This document shows positions 62,305 to 64,000 of a stretch of 64,000 bases of DNA, one piece after another; the stretch's first letter is position 1, and every line of letters begins with the position of its first letter. Under the pieces are notes generated by a model. It ran no database searches, was not told the origin of the DNA, and saw only the letters and a list, made by a program, of their open reading frames with translations. The translations under genes were made by a program, and so were the position numbers. The stretch is from Phyllosticta citribraziliensis (taxonomy: Eukaryota), in NCBI RefSeq assembly GCF_038025025.1, contig NW_027117346.1:1426001-1490000 (forward strand), written 5' to 3'.

Positions 62305-64000
62305 AACGAAGGACAGGTCGAATTACTACGTTGGACCAATGAAAGACGGAATGGCGCTGCGTAAAACGACCAATAATTACGAAACAAACGACGGGACGCT
62401 ATAGCGAAGGTAGCGGGGAAGAAAGAAGGACGACAGCCGTACGGATGGAGCAAGAGGAGCGTACTCCGCGGGACAGTCTACTTATCCACGGTGGCTGCAT
62501 CCACGTCGGTGTGCCTTGTTTGCCTACAGCCCTTTCATAATTGTCCTGTGGAGCGCCATGGCTCCAAGCCAGGCGTCAGACACACCGTGTTCGGCGGTAT
62601 TATTTTTCGAGAGCTGGCTTCGCGGGCTGCTGCGGCCCCAGGTTGCCCTCTGCGGATCCGCACAGGTACCTGCAGCGGTCCGCCCATGATTGGCCGGCAG
62701 ACCATCCGGCATCTTATGCAGATCTGCCAGAGACGGCAAGCCGGCGTCAAACAAATTTAGAATGGGCCACTGCCGCCATTGTTTTTTCGTTGGAGCCGCG
62801 GATGGTGTTGGCAGGCGTTGCAGCGTTTGTTTTGGCCACCGACTCCTTTTCGCCCGTGGAGCTCGTGGCTGGGTCTTCCCTGCTCTTTTCCTCAAACCCT
62901 TGTCCAACCACCAAGTTCCCCATTTTTGTTTCACGCCGCATCCCAAAATGGAGACTTTCCTCTTCTGGTCTTCAACGAGGCAACAAGGTCCATCTGCACG
63001 CCAGTGGAGCTTCAAACGGGTGCTGAGACTGCGGCCGAGTATCAGATGCGCCGTTCTCCAGTGGCCTTTGGGGGCGAGCAATCCTTCAATCAACGTCACT
63101 CCGGTCTTCCTTCTGACCATTCCCCGAGGCAGATGCCGGATGACATCGTAACGCCGTGCCGTGGAGCGCTCGGATATGGCAGAAGGAGCTCGCATGTCGT
63201 TCGATCAGGCAGTCTTGCCGCTGCCACTTGCCACGCTGCGCGCAGTGCTGATCGCAATGTCTGTGCACCCTGGAAGTAGATCTTTCAGGTACCGCTTCAC
63301 CACAAGCGCGTGAACGCTCCTCAAAGATAAACCATGTCCCATCAGGACTAGTGAAGTTGGCATTTTTCTTCGTATTTGTTTCCGAACTCCCGGGGCCCGG
63401 TTGACTTCTGCCCCCTCAAAGCTTTGCATAAGTCTTGATGCAGAAATTATTGGCGTAGCACATTGCTGGGTCGATTGTCGTAAAGGAAGCGTCGACAAAA
63501 TTGTAGCGGTGTATTACTAAAATCGGGTCTGGTTGTGGCCTCGGTATTCTAGCAGCTCGTAGTGTTCCTGATTTCTCAGCGTCAGAGCGTGCGAAGATAT
63601 CCGTCAGTCCCTCAGGCCGTGAGACAGTCAACAGGGCGGTGCCAAGTGCAGCCATGTGTCAAGCAAACACCACGCTTATCCGGGGCCAGCCTAATAACTC
63701 TAAAGTCGCGAGTGTGATGGATGGACTGATGGAAACTGGGGTTAGCATCAGGAATTGCGTGGAGTGACAATGAGCTGTTGCGCTCTTTCTCCAGGAAGCA
63801 GTCAGCTGTCAGTACGCGTTTAGTCCGCCGACCCGCAAAAACCCCCAGTCACCCGCCCTTTCGATCCGCAAAAGAAAAGAGGCAGTACCGGATGTGGGTG
63901 TGAAGTGGGTGGTGGCCAAATTCTTGGGAATCCTTCCCCACGAGCCGCACAGCGACCTAAGGCATCCCTTCAGGTCTCCTCCCAAGGAAGCCGACAAGCA

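Noticed and set aside
62524..63195. 223-aa minus-strand ORF upstream of the GMC gene
   Set aside because: No domain motifs or codon bias; likely promoter DNA.

Overview
Gene-dense DNA from a filamentous ascomycete (Pezizomycotina), judged from short GT-AG introns with CTRAC/CTAAT branch sites and fungal gene families. Conserved genes: striatin, RAD14, UFD1, LIN1, a MATH-UCH-MORN-RING protein, DYS1 and a SNT1-like SANT protein. Secreted enzymes: GH76, a laccase and an AA3 GMC oxidoreductase. A probable catabolic/detox cluster at about 21.8-32.8 kb holds an omega GST, a PuuE/PgdA-like deacetylase, a C45 peptidase and two Zn2Cys6 factors. Two things stand out. (1) An accessory island at about 13.3-21.2 kb is bracketed by ~135-bp diverged inverted repeats. 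It encodes a ~1270-aa Upf1/Sen1-type SF1 helicase with a UBA-like domain, flanked by two paralogues of an unknown protein (one pseudogenised), and a small RING-like ORF lies just outside it. (2) Two copies of a 212/215-bp MITE have 22-bp TIRs starting with CACAGTG (identical to the RAG RSS heptamer), different 4-bp TSDs, internal 33-bp repeats and RIP-like divergence. All family assignments come from motif recognition by eye, not database searches.
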